A stretch of DNA of 64,000 nucleotides from Eledone cirrhosa (Eukaryota): assembly GCA_964016885.1 (NCBI GenBank), contig OZ024760.1:4278001-4342000 (forward strand), given 5' to 3'. How positions within the stretch are numbered: the stretch's first letter is position 1; each line of letters begins with the position of its first letter. The notes under the pieces are model-generated. The model did not search any database and had not been told where the DNA came from. It saw only the letters and a program-made list of their open reading frames with translations. The position numbers and the translations under genes are program-made. Shown in pieces: positions 1 through 12,269 of the stretch.

Positions 1-936
1 TCTCTATACATATATGTATGTATTTATAAGTTAATGTCTGTATATATATATATATATATATATACAGACATTAACTCTAGACATATATGTTTAGAGAAAG
101 CTAAATGAACACACGTGTGTGTGTGTGTGTGTGTGTATGTATATATATATTATGTATATTGAACAAAACTGTGTTTGTGTGTACCTATTTATATACTTGT
201 ATTATTTTGTATCCGAACAAAAGTGAAAATGTGTGTATGTGGATCAGTGTGGTGAAAGGTATTTGATGTGGGTGATGGAGTTGTGTGATAATGAAGGTAA
301 CTAGATGTGTGTCTGTTTGTGGAATGATTGAATACACACACACATATATATATATATATGGTCAGTCTATGTGTGTTGTTGTTTGATAACCTGTCTGTTT
401 ATAGTCCACACACACACACACAATTTCTTCAGAAGTGACACACACATTATGAAGATAGTCAGTTCCAAAGTTGTAACGTGATTAACAACACAGCCCTTCC
501 CGTCTATTAGTCAATTCCTTCAGTTCTCAGTATACACACACTTAGAACATACCTATGGCATGAACCAACGTGTGTGTACATATATACACGCTAAAATTCT
601 AGAAGGGCAGTCACCATTTTGGTTAACTTGTGGAGTCAATGGATTGTAACTCACACACACACACATAAATATATGAACACACAGATGAATATATATATAT
701 ATATATATATATATCAGAATGGATATAATAGAGTGGGTAATATGAAGGATTCGGGATCCCGACAGCTGAGCTCCTGCCGTTTCATTAGCTAGATCCGAAC
801 TCGGGTCTAGCTATTGAAACAGCTGGAGCTCAGCCGTCGGGATCCCAAATTTTTCATATATATATATATACACAGATAAATTTACATATAAATATAAATA
901 TTATGCCCATACATGTATATAAATACCGACATACAT

Positions 937-983
<47 letters not shown>

Positions 984-2043
984 CACAAACACGTGTATCT
1001 ACTCATACAGAAATATAGAGAATTATTTCCTTACCAAAATAACAATAACTCATTGTAATTTATTCTGATTTTTATTCAACATCTTTTTTTTTGTTTTTTT
1101 TTTGTTTTTTTTTTCATTTCATTTTTATTTTATTTATTAGTATTTTTTGTATTTTTTTTTAGTTTAGATTTGTTTTCTGAAAAGATTATTTCTCTTAAAA
1201 GCATATTTTCTATTAAAACACAAAAATATTGAAATAAAAATTTGAAAGAAAATATATAAAAGACCTATTGCCATATTTCTTCTTCATCATCACCACCATT
1301 ACCATCTTCATTATCATCATCATCATTACCATCTTCATTATCATTATCATCACCACCATTAGCATCTTCATTATCATCACCATCTTCGTTATCATCACCA
1401 TCATTGATAGTCACCATTATCATCATCATTGATTTTGTGTGTATATATACATATATAGGGAGGTAGCAGTATTCTACAACCAGATGCTCTTCTTCATGCC
1501 AATCCTTATGTTTGTCTATCTATATTACCTACCTCTCTACCTGTATCTATTTTGGTCAAGAACAACAACAAAGCCCAATAGCGGTCCAAAAAAAAATTAT
1601 ATATATAGAATAAAGTCATACAAGTGGATAAATGTTTTATAATAATAAAAAAATATGGAAGAAAATTATTGTAAAATAAATGTAAAATGAAATAGGGCTA
1701 TTATCAGAGTTAAGAGAGAGGAAATGGTGAAGGAAATCGAGGATTGAAGCATAGAATGTTAAATCAAGGAATTATTAAATATTTGACCGCAAGATCCTGT
1801 GGTTTCTACTTGTGACTTCACATAGATGACTGTCTTCAGGAAGAAGCTCGTATGTGTGAAGTCACGAGCAAAAACCACAGGAGCTCATGGTCGAATATTT
1901 TCTTCCTATATATATATATATAATAGTAGAACACTGGAGGGTTATATCCGTAGTAGTCCATGGGACGAGTTTGGTAGAAGTAGTTCCACAACAGTTAGTT
2001 CACCTTACCGAGAACAAATGTTTCACCTTATGCAGATCTTCAG

Positions 2044-2086
2044 ACTGAGCTGAAGATCCACATAAGGTGAAACATTTATTCTCGGT
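2044..2086 (+). ncRNA. type I hammerhead ribozyme motif
   Basis: ACTGAG-CTGAAGA-tccacataaggt-GAAA-cattta-TT-CTCGGT; stem I pairs with one G-U; stem II weak; inverted partial copy at 2007-2043 has cattTG. Confidence 0.55.
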
Positions 2087-2738
2087 ATGGTGAACTAACT
2101 GTTGTGGAACTACTTTATATATATAATTGGTTCTTCCTTTGGCCAGCAATTACCCCAGTCCATTACTGGTGCTTTATTTTATCGACCCCCGTAAGGATGA
2201 AAAGGCAAAGTGTGGATACATTTTTCTTGACAATACCTTACCCTTGCATTTATATATAATATATATACGTAAATAAGACCGTTATTGCTCCAAACACCCT
2301 AAACCGAATGCCAGCCTGTACCCACGACTCCTGCCAAACAAACCATATTCACCTTCAAATTCGGCAAATCAAATGCGAACCACCTATTCTCCCAAACTCA
2401 GCTTACGCAACTGGGCCGCAATAGCCACCTAATGGTGAAGACAGATGTTATATTATATATATATATATATATGTGTGTGTTTGTATGTATATATATATTG
2501 TTTTGTAAGTACATATATGAATAAAAAGCGGGCGGGTGAACACAAGACAAAGTCAACGGAAAAACGAACAGTCCCTTCTCTTCAGTCAACGTCTGGAAAT
2601 TAATTTTTATATTCACGCATATACACGTGTTGGCAAACTTGTATATGGTCGCCCATCTTTGAAACTCGCAAGGGAGGTTACTCTCAAGTGAAAATAGCTA
2701 TCCACACTCACGTATGCCCGAGGTGTTATCTTGTGAAG

Positions 2739-3010
2739 CAGTGTTTCCCAACCTTTTTCATGTCCGCACCCCTAAACATGTTTTAATATGTTCTCGCTCC
2801 CCTTAAAAATATAATAATTTATTAAAGAATAAAGAACACGAATTAATACTAAATTTGAGAAACATTTATATAATCTAATTTTTTAATATGTAAACAAAAA
2901 CGAAAATGGAAAAGAAAAAATATTATAACAAATTAAAATTTGAATAATACTATTAATAAAAAAAACACAAAATACTGAAATGCTATCTCGCAACCCTGGT
3001 TGGCAAACCT
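2739..3010. mobile_element. degenerate hAT-like MITE
   Basis: CAGTGTTTCCCAACC ... GGTTGGCAAAC imperfect TIRs; TSD not clear. Confidence 0.5.
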
Positions 3011-3222
3011 TATCGTAAAGACTAATCTACGAATGAAATCTTCCCCAGGCTGAATCACGTTGGTGAGGAATTACTGGCAATCTTCTTTATTTTCTTCAGT
3101 ATTTCCCCCACCCCTAAATCTCTTGTATTCTTGCTGGGCCAATATGGTACTCCTTGTGAGAACTAACTACACAAACATCACGGTCCCACTGTGTTTCAAA
3201 TGGCCTTTTCTCATATCTTCGT

Positions 3223-3640
3223 AATAATAATAATGAAATTATTGTGTACAGTGCTCAGGTGCACTACAACTCATCAAAGGTGTACAGTGCATGTACTGTA
3301 TAGTACATAAAATAATGTATAAATGTCAGGAAAGTGAACAGTGTATGACTCATGTTATACATGTGTGTGTGTGTGCATGTATGGAGGGGGGATATCGGGT
3401 GTAGTGTCGGCGAATTTCTGGGAGCATGGAGGTTTTAAAGGATGCAGTGTCTCGGCAGCTAACAACTGATGCAGGTAGGTTGTTCCATGCTTCAGCAACT
3501 CTGAGCGTGAAAAAATATTTCAGAAATTCATGGGAGCTGTGCTGTGCTGTTTTCTGACTTTGTAGGCATTCCCACGTGTGTTAGACACATAGAATTCAAA
3601 AAGGTGCTCAGGGTTGTTGTCGGTAAAATTGTTAATAATT
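3223..3640 (-). mobile_element. CR1/L2-like LINE 3' end
   Basis: Minus strand encodes FFTLRVAEAWNNLP, followed by a 3' UTR and (TTA)n tail; second copy on + at ~6712-7000. Confidence 0.65.
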
Positions 3641-3802
3641 TTGTGGATTTTTACCAAGACAGTTGCCAGACGTCGGACATCATCACCATCAACAACATTA
3701 ACATCATCGTAAATGTTATTCAGTATTCATTTAGTCGTAAATGAGAGAGAGAGGTGGTGGTGGTAAATCGATCCCAGTATTGGACTGGTATTATATTTAT
3801 CG

Positions 3803-3990
3803 GGCAGTGGATTGGCAGTATCGTTAGAGGGTCGGACACCATGCTTTGTAGCATAGAGTTACGGCCCTTTATGGTCTGAGTTCAAATCCCGCCGAGGTTA
3901 ACTTTGCCTTTCATCCTTACGGGATCGATAAAATAAAGTACCAGTAATACACTGAGATAATTGCTGGCCTTGTGCCAAAAGTAGAAACAA
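3803..3990 (+). mobile_element. dominant SINE family copy
   Basis: Same sequence as 7025-7210. Confidence 0.8.
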
Positions 3991-4447
3991 TATTTATCGG
4001 TCTCGATAGAGTGAAAGACAAAGTTGATATATATTGAACTGTATTTACACTTTTTGCGTGGAAAATTTAGCTTAGTGGTGTCTTGTGTAAGTATGTATGT
4101 AGTGGTCAACACTAACGTACGAACCAGTAACGTACGCTACCCCCAACTCCGTGTCTCCACACTGTCTCCGAGGTGCGGAACCCCAGATTTGTGTTTATAC
4201 CACCTAATGGTCCCAGCAGACAGAATAGAGAAAGAGTAACCCCGGTGGATAGTGAGAGAAGCGCGTTGAAAATAACCATTTCAACTCGTTAGTGACCAAC
4301 AACCTCTCGATAGTAGCGAGTGAGTAGGGAGGTGGTTCGGCGCCCCAAGAATGCCAGAAATCTCCATCGCTGTTGGTCTAACGATAAACCGATACTTCAA
4401 CAAGCTTGTAATGTTCAGGCGACGAAACCTTGGTCTGTCGTTTAATT

Positions 4448-4756
4448 CAGTGATTCTCAACGTGGTCCAGGTGGACCACCGGTGGTCCTCATAGCATTTC
4501 TAGTGGTCCACAGAGAATTCGTAGCCATAAAAAAATTGTAGCCATTTCACAAAAATGTAACTAATATAATATTTTGTTTAATTACACACATGTCCATTAT
4601 ATTTGAAAATTTCGAGTTCACAGCTCTGATACTATGGGCATGTGGTTAGAATGTCTCTAGCAGTTCTATTACAAAAGATTTTAAAGTTTAGGTGGTCCAC
4701 AGGAAAAAATTACTTATTTTGGTGGTCCACAGCGAAAAAAAGGTTGAGAACCCCTG
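4448..4756. mobile_element. hAT (Charlie-like) MITE
   Basis: TIRs CAGTGATTCTCAAC / GTTGAGAACCCCTG; 8-bp TSD GTTTAATT on both sides. Confidence 0.85.
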
Positions 4757-4877
4757 GTTTAATTCACCAGGCTGCTGCTGCCGTCGTTGTTGTTGCTGCT
4801 GCTGTTGCTACTGCTGCTGTTGCTAGAAAAGAATGACGCCGCACGAAAAGGGGGAATAACTCTGTATTAAAAGTCAG

Positions 4878-4891
4878 GTCTCCAGGACAAC
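4878..4891 (+). promoter_or_regulatory. candidate RFX X-box upstream of SAMD15-like ATG
   Basis: GTCTCC-AG-GACAAC fits RYYNYY-NN-RRNRAC (spacer AG is off the usual WW), ending 25 nt before the ATG. Confidence 0.35.
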
Positions 4892-4916
4892 AGAATCTAG
4901 CGTCATCGTTGCTAAG

Positions 4917-5024
4917 ATGGATGATTCCAGTGAAAGTTCTACCGAGTTAAATTGCGACTTCCTCAGCTGGACTGCCGAGGACGTTGCTGAGTGGATCAAA
5001 ATCATTGGCTTCCCCATCTATCAG
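4917..5024 (+). CDS. SAMD15: SAM-domain protein (SAMD15-like), coding exon 1
   Basis: ATG at 4917; translates MDDSSESSTELNCDFLSWTAEDVAEWIKIIGFPIYQ (SAM N-terminal W..EDVAEW...IGFP.Y motif); donor CAG|GTTTCT, phase 0. Confidence 0.8.
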
Positions 5025-6522
5025 GTTTCTACTTCTCGCTGACAATTATTGTTTTTTATGTCTGTGTTTGTGTCTGTATCTATGTTCACATACAATTTAT
5101 ATACGTACAAGTTACACCAGTACAATAATGACGGCAATAGTGGTGGGTGAATATCAGTAGCGTATTCCTATGGGTACATGGGGGTGCAGCTGCCATTATG
5201 AACGTCTGCACCCTCAAAATGATAAGAGCAATACGCTTATGGTGGACATATCTAATTTTTGGAGTTCAAGATTCGAAGGATCCGAAGTGTCTTTGAAAGT
5301 GCGTAGCTCGGAGATCAGAAAGTCACTCCAGGTAGAGCCGTTACTTCTCTGAATTGAGAGATCAGAAACCACAGCTCCGATACTATGGGCATGTGGTTAG
5401 AATGTCTCAGGAAAGAATCGCTGGACTGATTTTACGGGCGAAACCAACAGGTAAGAGAGACCCAGGGGTCGATTCTGAGCAAGATGAGCTTGGCTGGTCG
5501 CGCTTGGGGATCCAGCCAGATTAGTTGGAGATGATTGCTTCTGACAGGACTCGCAGGAATATGTGGGTGAAGAAAAGAAGAAGAGTTCAAGATTGCTATG
5601 CCATACATACCAGGGTTACCAGGTATACGAACAATCATACTTACTGGGAAATTTGTATTTTGATAAATTTATGGTTTGTACAAGAGAAACTCAATAGTTT
5701 ATTTTGGCTTACTGACACGGGGAAGTGATTTAAGATAAGAATGATTTTAATCATTTATTTCTAGAATATAATTACATAAATGGAAACATTGTTTCCCTGG
5801 TCCGATTTGATGAAGTCCACCCCACTCGGCAAGCGAATGGGATTTTAGATCTAGTCAGTCAATCATATATATATATATATATACATATATATAGATATAG
5901 ATATACATTTATCAAGGTTCATGTATCAATTTTCTTTTAATAATTAGAGAATTGTTAGTGGTTTTGTAAATTAAATATATATTTTCTATTATAAAGTTTG
6001 TATTTGGAACATAATTTAAAACAAGTTTCTCACATAAAATTATGTTGAAAGGTTTTTATTTAAATTGGAATCCTTTAGCATTTACATTACTCTATATTTA
6101 CTATTGTATATTTACAGTAAAGGCTTTATCTCACATAATTATCTCATATGATATCGAATCTATGAGATTTTGATATCCTTTATTTTGAGAACAATACCTT
6201 AATGTTGGATGTGCAGCTGGTTATGGCCGGTTTGAACAGAAAGAGGTGAGAGAATTCTGGCCAGATACAGCCGATTTAAATGCTAACGGGTTAAAATAGG
6301 TGACTTTGTTTTAAAATAGGTGACTTTGTTTTAAAATAGGTGAGCTGGTTTTGGCTGGGTTGGTAACAAAAGGGTTAAAAAAAATCCAAGATTCACTAAA
6401 TATCACTACGTCAACACTATGACTCCATCAGGAGTTACACATACTTGCATTAAATCAAGGAGTATATCTGGAGAAATAGTTATGAAGCAGAGAGTGACAA
6501 GTTATAATCTTATCTCTTACAG

Positions 6523-6621
6523 AATTGTTTCTTAGAAAACCATATTAATGGCAGGAAACTTATCCTGATTAATGCATCAATGCTGTGTAAGATAGGAATA
6601 AGAGATTTTAATGACATCACA
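6523..6621 (+). CDS. SAMD15: SAMD15-like, coding exon 2
   Basis: TTACAG acceptor; NCFLENHINGRKLILINASMLCKIGIRDFNDIT (SAM core F..N.I.GRKL.......L..IGI); donor GTAAGT, phase 0. Confidence 0.85.
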
Positions 6622-6711
6622 GTAAGTAATTTTATGTGTCTCTCTGTTTGAATGTGTGTATGTGAATGAGTAGTGGGTGTCTACACTGAATGTATGTTTG
6701 TATTTATAAAT

Positions 6712-7000
6712 CATGCTCAGAGTTGCTGAAGCATGGAACAAACTACCTGTGTCAGTTGTTAGCTTTCAGGACACTGCATCCTTCATAACTTCCATGCTTC
6801 CCGAAATTTGTGAATACTACACTTGATATTCTCCCTCCATGTGCACACACACACACATGTATCTGTGTGTATATCATGACTCATACACTGCTCAATTTCC
6901 TGACATTTGTACATTTTTCTATGTACTATACATACACATTTGATGAGTTGTAGTGCATCTGAGCACTGTACATAATAATTTTCATTATTATTATTATTAT
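6712..7000 (+). mobile_element. CR1/L2-like LINE 3' end
   Basis: LRVAEAWNKLP + same 3' UTR + (TTA)n. Confidence 0.65.
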
Positions 7001-7024
7001 TATAATAATAATAATGGATAATAA

Positions 7025-7410
7025 GGGCGGTGGATTGGCAGTATCAGTAGAGGGTCGGACGCCATGCTTTCCAGCATAGTTACGTCACTTTACGATCTGA
7101 GTTCAAATCCCGCCGAGGTTGACTTTGCCTTTCATCCTTACGGGGTCGATAAAATAAAGTACCAGTAATGCACTGGGTAATTGCTGGCCTTGTGCCTAAA
7201 GTAGAAACAATTATTACTATTATTATAATGTGGATTGACAGTATCGGTAGAGGGTCGGATGCCATGCTTTGACGCATAGTTATGCCCCTTGCCATTCTGA
7301 GTTCAAATCCCGCCGAGGTTAACTTTGCCTTTCATCCTTATGGGGTCGATAAAATAAAGTACCAGTAATACACTGGGTAATTGCTGGCCTTGTGCCAAAA
7401 GAAGTAACAA
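7025..7410 (+). mobile_element. two tandem copies of the dominant tRNA-like SINE
   Basis: A-box-like TGGCAGTATCGG, B-box GTTCAAATCC, core TTTGCCTTTCATCCTTACGGGGTCGATAAAATAAAGTACCAG, A/T-rich tail. Confidence 0.8.
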
Positions 7411-7436
7411 TTATTATTATAATATATATTATTATA

Positions 7437-7631
7437 TGCATGGAGGATGACCGCTGGGTAAAGAAGTGCCAAGAAATCCCAGTAGAAGGAAGACGCAGTA
7501 GAGGTAGACCACGAAAAACATGGGCGGAGGAGATGACGAAGGACCGTGACAAGTGGAGAGATGCTGTGCTGAATAGGACCCGTCCAACCCTTGCAAGCAG
7601 GGAAAAGCAGATGTAAAATGATGATGATGAT
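7437..7631 (+). mobile_element. 5'-truncated 3' fragment of the same RTE family
   Basis: Near-identical to 35115-35341, with an internal deletion between CGGAG microhomologies and a (ATG)n tail. Confidence 0.9.
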
Positions 7632-8194
7632 CTCAAAACCTTGAATCTTGCCATTCATCTATTGAGATCAATAAAAGAAAAGTACCAGTCCTGTCTGGTA
7701 CTGGGGGGTCAATTCTTCCTCTATATCTCTTTCTCTCTTTTGTTCTCACTCCTTCTCTGGAAGAAATCAGCCATCTTCAGACCTGAAAAGGGGTGGGCTC
7801 TGTTAGGTTTAATGTACCCAAGACATACATGGTCGACTGAAAAGTTCATTGGCTGACCAAGATACTCTCATGGATTGACCAAATGAGGTTTATTTTTTTA
7901 ACATAGTCGTTAGAAAGAAACAATGCAGTTATTAATAAGAAGAGTTGAAATTAATGCATGCACGATTTCACAGCACTAGCTGTCTATGAACTTTTCAGCC
8001 AACCCTCATATGTATGTCACTTTGGCACCTCTTCAACTCCCTCAAGAGTTACAGGTCTATTTATACATAGTACACCTCAGTATACTGTCTGTCTGCCTGC
8101 CTTTCTGTTGGTCTGTTTGTCTGACTCTCTGTCTGTTGTCTGTGTGTCTGTTAATCTGTCTGTCTATCTTCCTCTCTGTTACTATCTTCTGTAG

Positions 8195-8282
8195 GCCATA
8201 GCAGCGGAGATCAGAGAACTGATATATACTGAGGACCCTGACTGGAAGAGAAACATTTCTTTACCACCACGCAGTGACTGGG
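8195..8282 (+). CDS. SAMD15: SAMD15-like, coding exon 3
   Basis: Pyrimidine tract + GTAG acceptor; AIAAEIRELIYTEDPDWKRNISLPPRSDW(G); donor GTGAGT, phase 1. Confidence 0.8.
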
Positions 8283-8305
8283 GTGAGTATATACACACAG
8301 ACACG

Positions 8306-8337
<32 letters not shown>

Positions 8338-8515
8338 CACAGACACACACACACACACATATATATATAGTAATAATGATTATGAAGACTAAAATCTGAA
8401 GAGGGCTCGATAAGGATTATCTAAACTATAATAAAGTAAAGAGTGCGAGAGTGCGTCCAGAATATATTTTTTTATCCCGTTTGTAAAATAAGTTGGATTA
8501 CTTTCAATAAATAAT

Positions 8516-8682
8516 TGTTTCTACTTTAGGCACAAGGCCAGCAATTACCCAGTGCATTACTGGTACTTTATTTTATCGACCCGTCCAACCCTTGCGGGAT
8601 TTGAACTCAGATCATAAAGGGACGTAACTCTATGCTTCAAAGCATGGTGTCCGACTCTCTACCGATACTGCCAATCCACCAC
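8516..8682 (-). mobile_element. dominant SINE family copy (internally deleted)
   Basis: Reverse complement of the 7025 family. Confidence 0.75.
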
Positions 8683-9459
8683 CATTACTTTGAATAAATA
8701 ATGAATGAATATTACATAGTTTATCTATTAAATTTCCTTATTCTTGATTAAATATAAATAATATTGTGCTTATTTTAGGATTCACTTCTTTAAAATTTTC
8801 AAGACTTCCAGTTAGCGATTGCTTAAATAAACATTCATATATTTCCATCACTAATTTTCTCCTAATGCAGTTTATATATAATATCGTCTATTTTTAACGT
8901 ATCATGGATTACGTTAATGATTACATAAGAGAGTGTAACACAGTCTTCGTTCAATTTCTGTGTATATTGTCAATTACAATTTTATTTGATGTATCATATC
9001 TACATGCATATATACTTGCGTATAATATCAATATACACACTACACATGCTAGCAGAAAAACCCCTGAAGGGTGGTTTTTCTGCTAGTAGATATAAAATAT
9101 ATATATATATATAAAACCCTGTAGAGAAAATATTTATTATATGTGTGCATATATATACACACATTCAAAAATGCAAACACTAACATGTATATATACACAC
9201 ACAAACATTTATATACATACAAACATGTATATACACACAAATTTGTATATACACAAACACAAAAACACTTACATTTACACATAAACATCTTTATTTTTAT
9301 CTATACCTCACCTCCCTCTTCTCTATGTCCAGGTGTATCCCATCTATCCTCTCTCTCTCTGGCCAGGTATGTCTCACCTGCCCCCACTATGTTCAGGTAT
9401 ATCTCACATATCTCTCTCTATGTCCAGATATATCTCACCTACCCTCTTTCTATGTCCAG

Positions 9460-9851
9460 GTATGTATCTGGAAATGCACACAAGAACAAACAAGGAGCAT
9501 GATGATGAGGAATTTAAGAAGTTCAAAATATTTCATCGGGATACAATATGGCAACCACCCCTGGACAATACTGGTAAAATCCAAGCCTGTTTTAGACGAC
9601 AACTGGCATTATTGGCAAAGGAAACAAATATCGAATCAATCTCTTCTCTCAGTGAATCTGGAGCTGGAGAAACTATAAAATCTGAAAGTGGAGGAAGTAT
9701 GACAGGTGGAGCTGGAGAAAGTATAACATATGCATCTAGAGAAAATATAAAATCTGTAAGTGGAGGAAGTATGACAGGTGGATCTGGAGAAAGGGTAACA
9801 TATGCAGCTAGAGAAAATAAAAAATCTGGATCTTCTGAAGATTATATATAA
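9460..9851 (+). CDS. SAMD15: SAMD15-like, terminal coding exon 4
   Basis: TCCAG acceptor in phase 1 gives GMYLEMHTRT...WQPPLDNTG...SEDYI*; total spliced CDS 687 nt = 228 aa; SISLPPR..GMYLE-type tail recalled from SAMD15-like proteins (not database-checked). Confidence 0.75.
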
Positions 9852-9919
9852 AATATTTTGGATACAATTTTTCTTATTTTTTTCTTCTTTTAAACAAAAT
9901 GATATATTCCCCAGAAACT

Positions 9920-10330
9920 AAAGTATTTTCCATAAATAAATACAATCTTGAGGACTATTTTCCATAAATACATAATATTTTAGGGGCTTTTGCATAAATA
10001 TATTCAATTTTGGGGTCTATTTTCCATAAATATATACAATTTTGGGGGGTATTTCTATAAATATATAATTTTTTTGTATTTTCCATAAATACATACACTT
10101 TTAGGGGCTATTTTCCATAAATAAATTCAATTTTGGGGGATATTTTCTATATATACAATTTCTTTTGTATTTTCCATAACTACATACATTTTTCTTGTGT
10201 TTTTCATATATACATACTTTTTTGTATTTTCGATAAATATATACAATTTTAGTGGGTATTTTCCTTAAATATTTCCATAAATATATAGTATTTTGGGGAG
10301 TATTTTTTGCAAATATATACATATATGCAT
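9920..10330. repeat. degenerate ~30-bp tandem repeat (TTTTCCATAAATATATACAATTT core)
   Basis: Repeated core directly downstream of the SAMD15-like stop. Confidence 0.7.
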
Positions 10331-10429
10331 ATTTTTTTGTATCTCATAATATATACAATTGTTTTTTTCTACTTGATGTATGTGTTTATTTTCCAAATAT
10401 ATCCAAAAGTACACCAACATACACTACTC

Positions 10430-10965
10430 ACAGTGTTATCAGACAGTACACTGTCATACAGTGTTATCTGACAGTACAGTAATACACACAATCTAACAGT
10501 ACACTGTCATACACAGTGTTATCTAACAGTACACTGTCATACACAGTGTCATCTGACAGTACACTGTCATACACAGTGTTATCTAACAGTACAGTCATAC
10601 GCAGTGTCATCTGACAGTACACTGTCATACACAGTGTTATCTAACAGTACAATCATACGCAGTGTCATCTGACAGTACACTGTCATACACAGTGTTATCT
10701 AACAGTACACTGTCATATGCAGTGTCATCTGGCAGTAGTCATACACAGTGTTATCTAACAGTACACTGTCATATGCAGTGTCATCTGACAGTGCACTGTC
10801 ATACACAGTGTTATCTGACAGTACACTGTAATAAACACAGTGTTATCTGACAGTACACTGTAATACATAGTGTTATCTGATAATACACTGTCATACACAC
10901 AGTGTTATCTAACAGTACACTGTCACACACAGCGTGTTATCTGACAGTACACCAAAGTGTTATCA
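10430..10965. repeat. ~31-bp minisatellite (CAGTGTTATCTAACAGTACACTGTCATACA)
   Basis: Many tandem units alternating TTATCTAAC / TCATCTGAC variants. Confidence 0.9.
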
Positions 10966-11075
10966 AGAATAATTGCCAAACTAATTTGTTGCCAACATGA
11001 AACAGAGTCTGCTTCACTCGTTGTCTTGTCTCCCCCAACACCCAATGCTGGGGTGGAGTGGTATAGAGAATCTCC

Positions 11076-11600
11076 AGGGTGATGTAGTACAGTCACAGGG
11101 TGGTATAGTACAGTCATGGGGTGGTATAGTGCAGCCCTGGGGTGGTGATATAGTACAGCCCTGGGGTATTGTAGTGTATCTCTGTGGGGGAGTGGTATAG
11201 TACAGCCATGTGTGGTATTGTGCAGCCCTGGGGTAGTGGTATAATACAGCCATGGAGTGGTGTAGTACAGCCCTCGGGTGATATAGTACAGCCCTGGGGT
11301 GGTGGTATAGTACAGCCCTGGGGTGGTTTAGTACAGCCCTGCAGTGGTGGTATAGTACAACCATACGGTGGTGTAGTACAGTCATGGGGGTGATATAGTA
11401 CAGCACTAGGGCAGTGGTATAGTACAGCCCTGGGGTGGTTTAGTACAACCCTGTGGTGGTGGTATAGTACAGCCCTGGGGTGGTGGTATAGTACATCCCT
11501 GGGGTGATGTAGTACAGTCCTGGGGTGGTGTAGTACAGCCCTGGGGTGGTGGTATTTTGCAGCCCTGGGGTGGTTTAGTACAACCCTGGGTCCTAAGGTG
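11076..11600. repeat. ~21-24-bp G-rich minisatellite (GGTGGTATAGTACAGCCCTGG)
   Basis: Many tandem units; source of the repetitive ORFs at 10997-11638. Confidence 0.9.
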
Positions 11601-12269
11601 GTGGTGTCAAGTAAACCTTTGTTGATTTCCCATTCCAATCAGTTGTGACCCAACACCTGCCCACCACCACCCCTTCAAATCCTTGCTCCCCTTTCTTTTT
11701 ACCAACCACACTTATAAAAGAAAAGATGGACCCACTCCAAGTGTCCAACCAACCCTCACTATTCTTCTTTAATGTGCATAAATAAAATTATTTTTTTAAA
11801 CCAAATCTCTTGCAATTTTTTTATTTGTATTATTAACTCTTTACCAGTTATGTTACTCTATATTTACTATTGTATTTTCATGTTAAAGTCTTTACCTCAC
11901 ATAATACCTCATATAATATCAAATCTATGAGATTTTTATATTATTTATTTTGAGAACAATACCTTAACATCAGTATGAGTGGTCGGTTTAAATGCTAAAG
12001 GGTTAAATATCTTAACTCTTTAGCATTTACATTACTCTATTATATTTTCATGGTAAAGGCTTTATCTCATAATATCGAATCTACGAGATTTTGATGATGA
12101 TATTATTTATTTTGAGAACAATACTTTAACATAAGTATGAGTGGCCAGTTATGGCCAGTTTGAACAGAAAGAGGTGAGAGAATTCTGACCGGTTACGGCC
12201 GGTTTAAATATTTTATTAATGTTATTGTTGCTGTTGTTGGTGTATTGACAGTATCAGCATAATAATGGT

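Noticed and set aside
5800-5862. TTGATGA...CTAGTC motif, with a relative at ~56955-57012(-) carrying CTGACGA
   Set aside because: Related pair of hairpins but GAAA is missing in both; cannot be called hammerheads
10430-10965. Regularly spaced, partly palindromic ~31-bp repeats superficially like a CRISPR array
   Set aside because: No unique spacers, no cas genes, eukaryotic context; a minisatellite
11014-11638. Repetitive ORFs (HPRAVLY / GGIVQPW)
   Set aside because: Open frames arise from the G-rich minisatellite; unit lengths are not consistently multiples of 3 and there is no splice context
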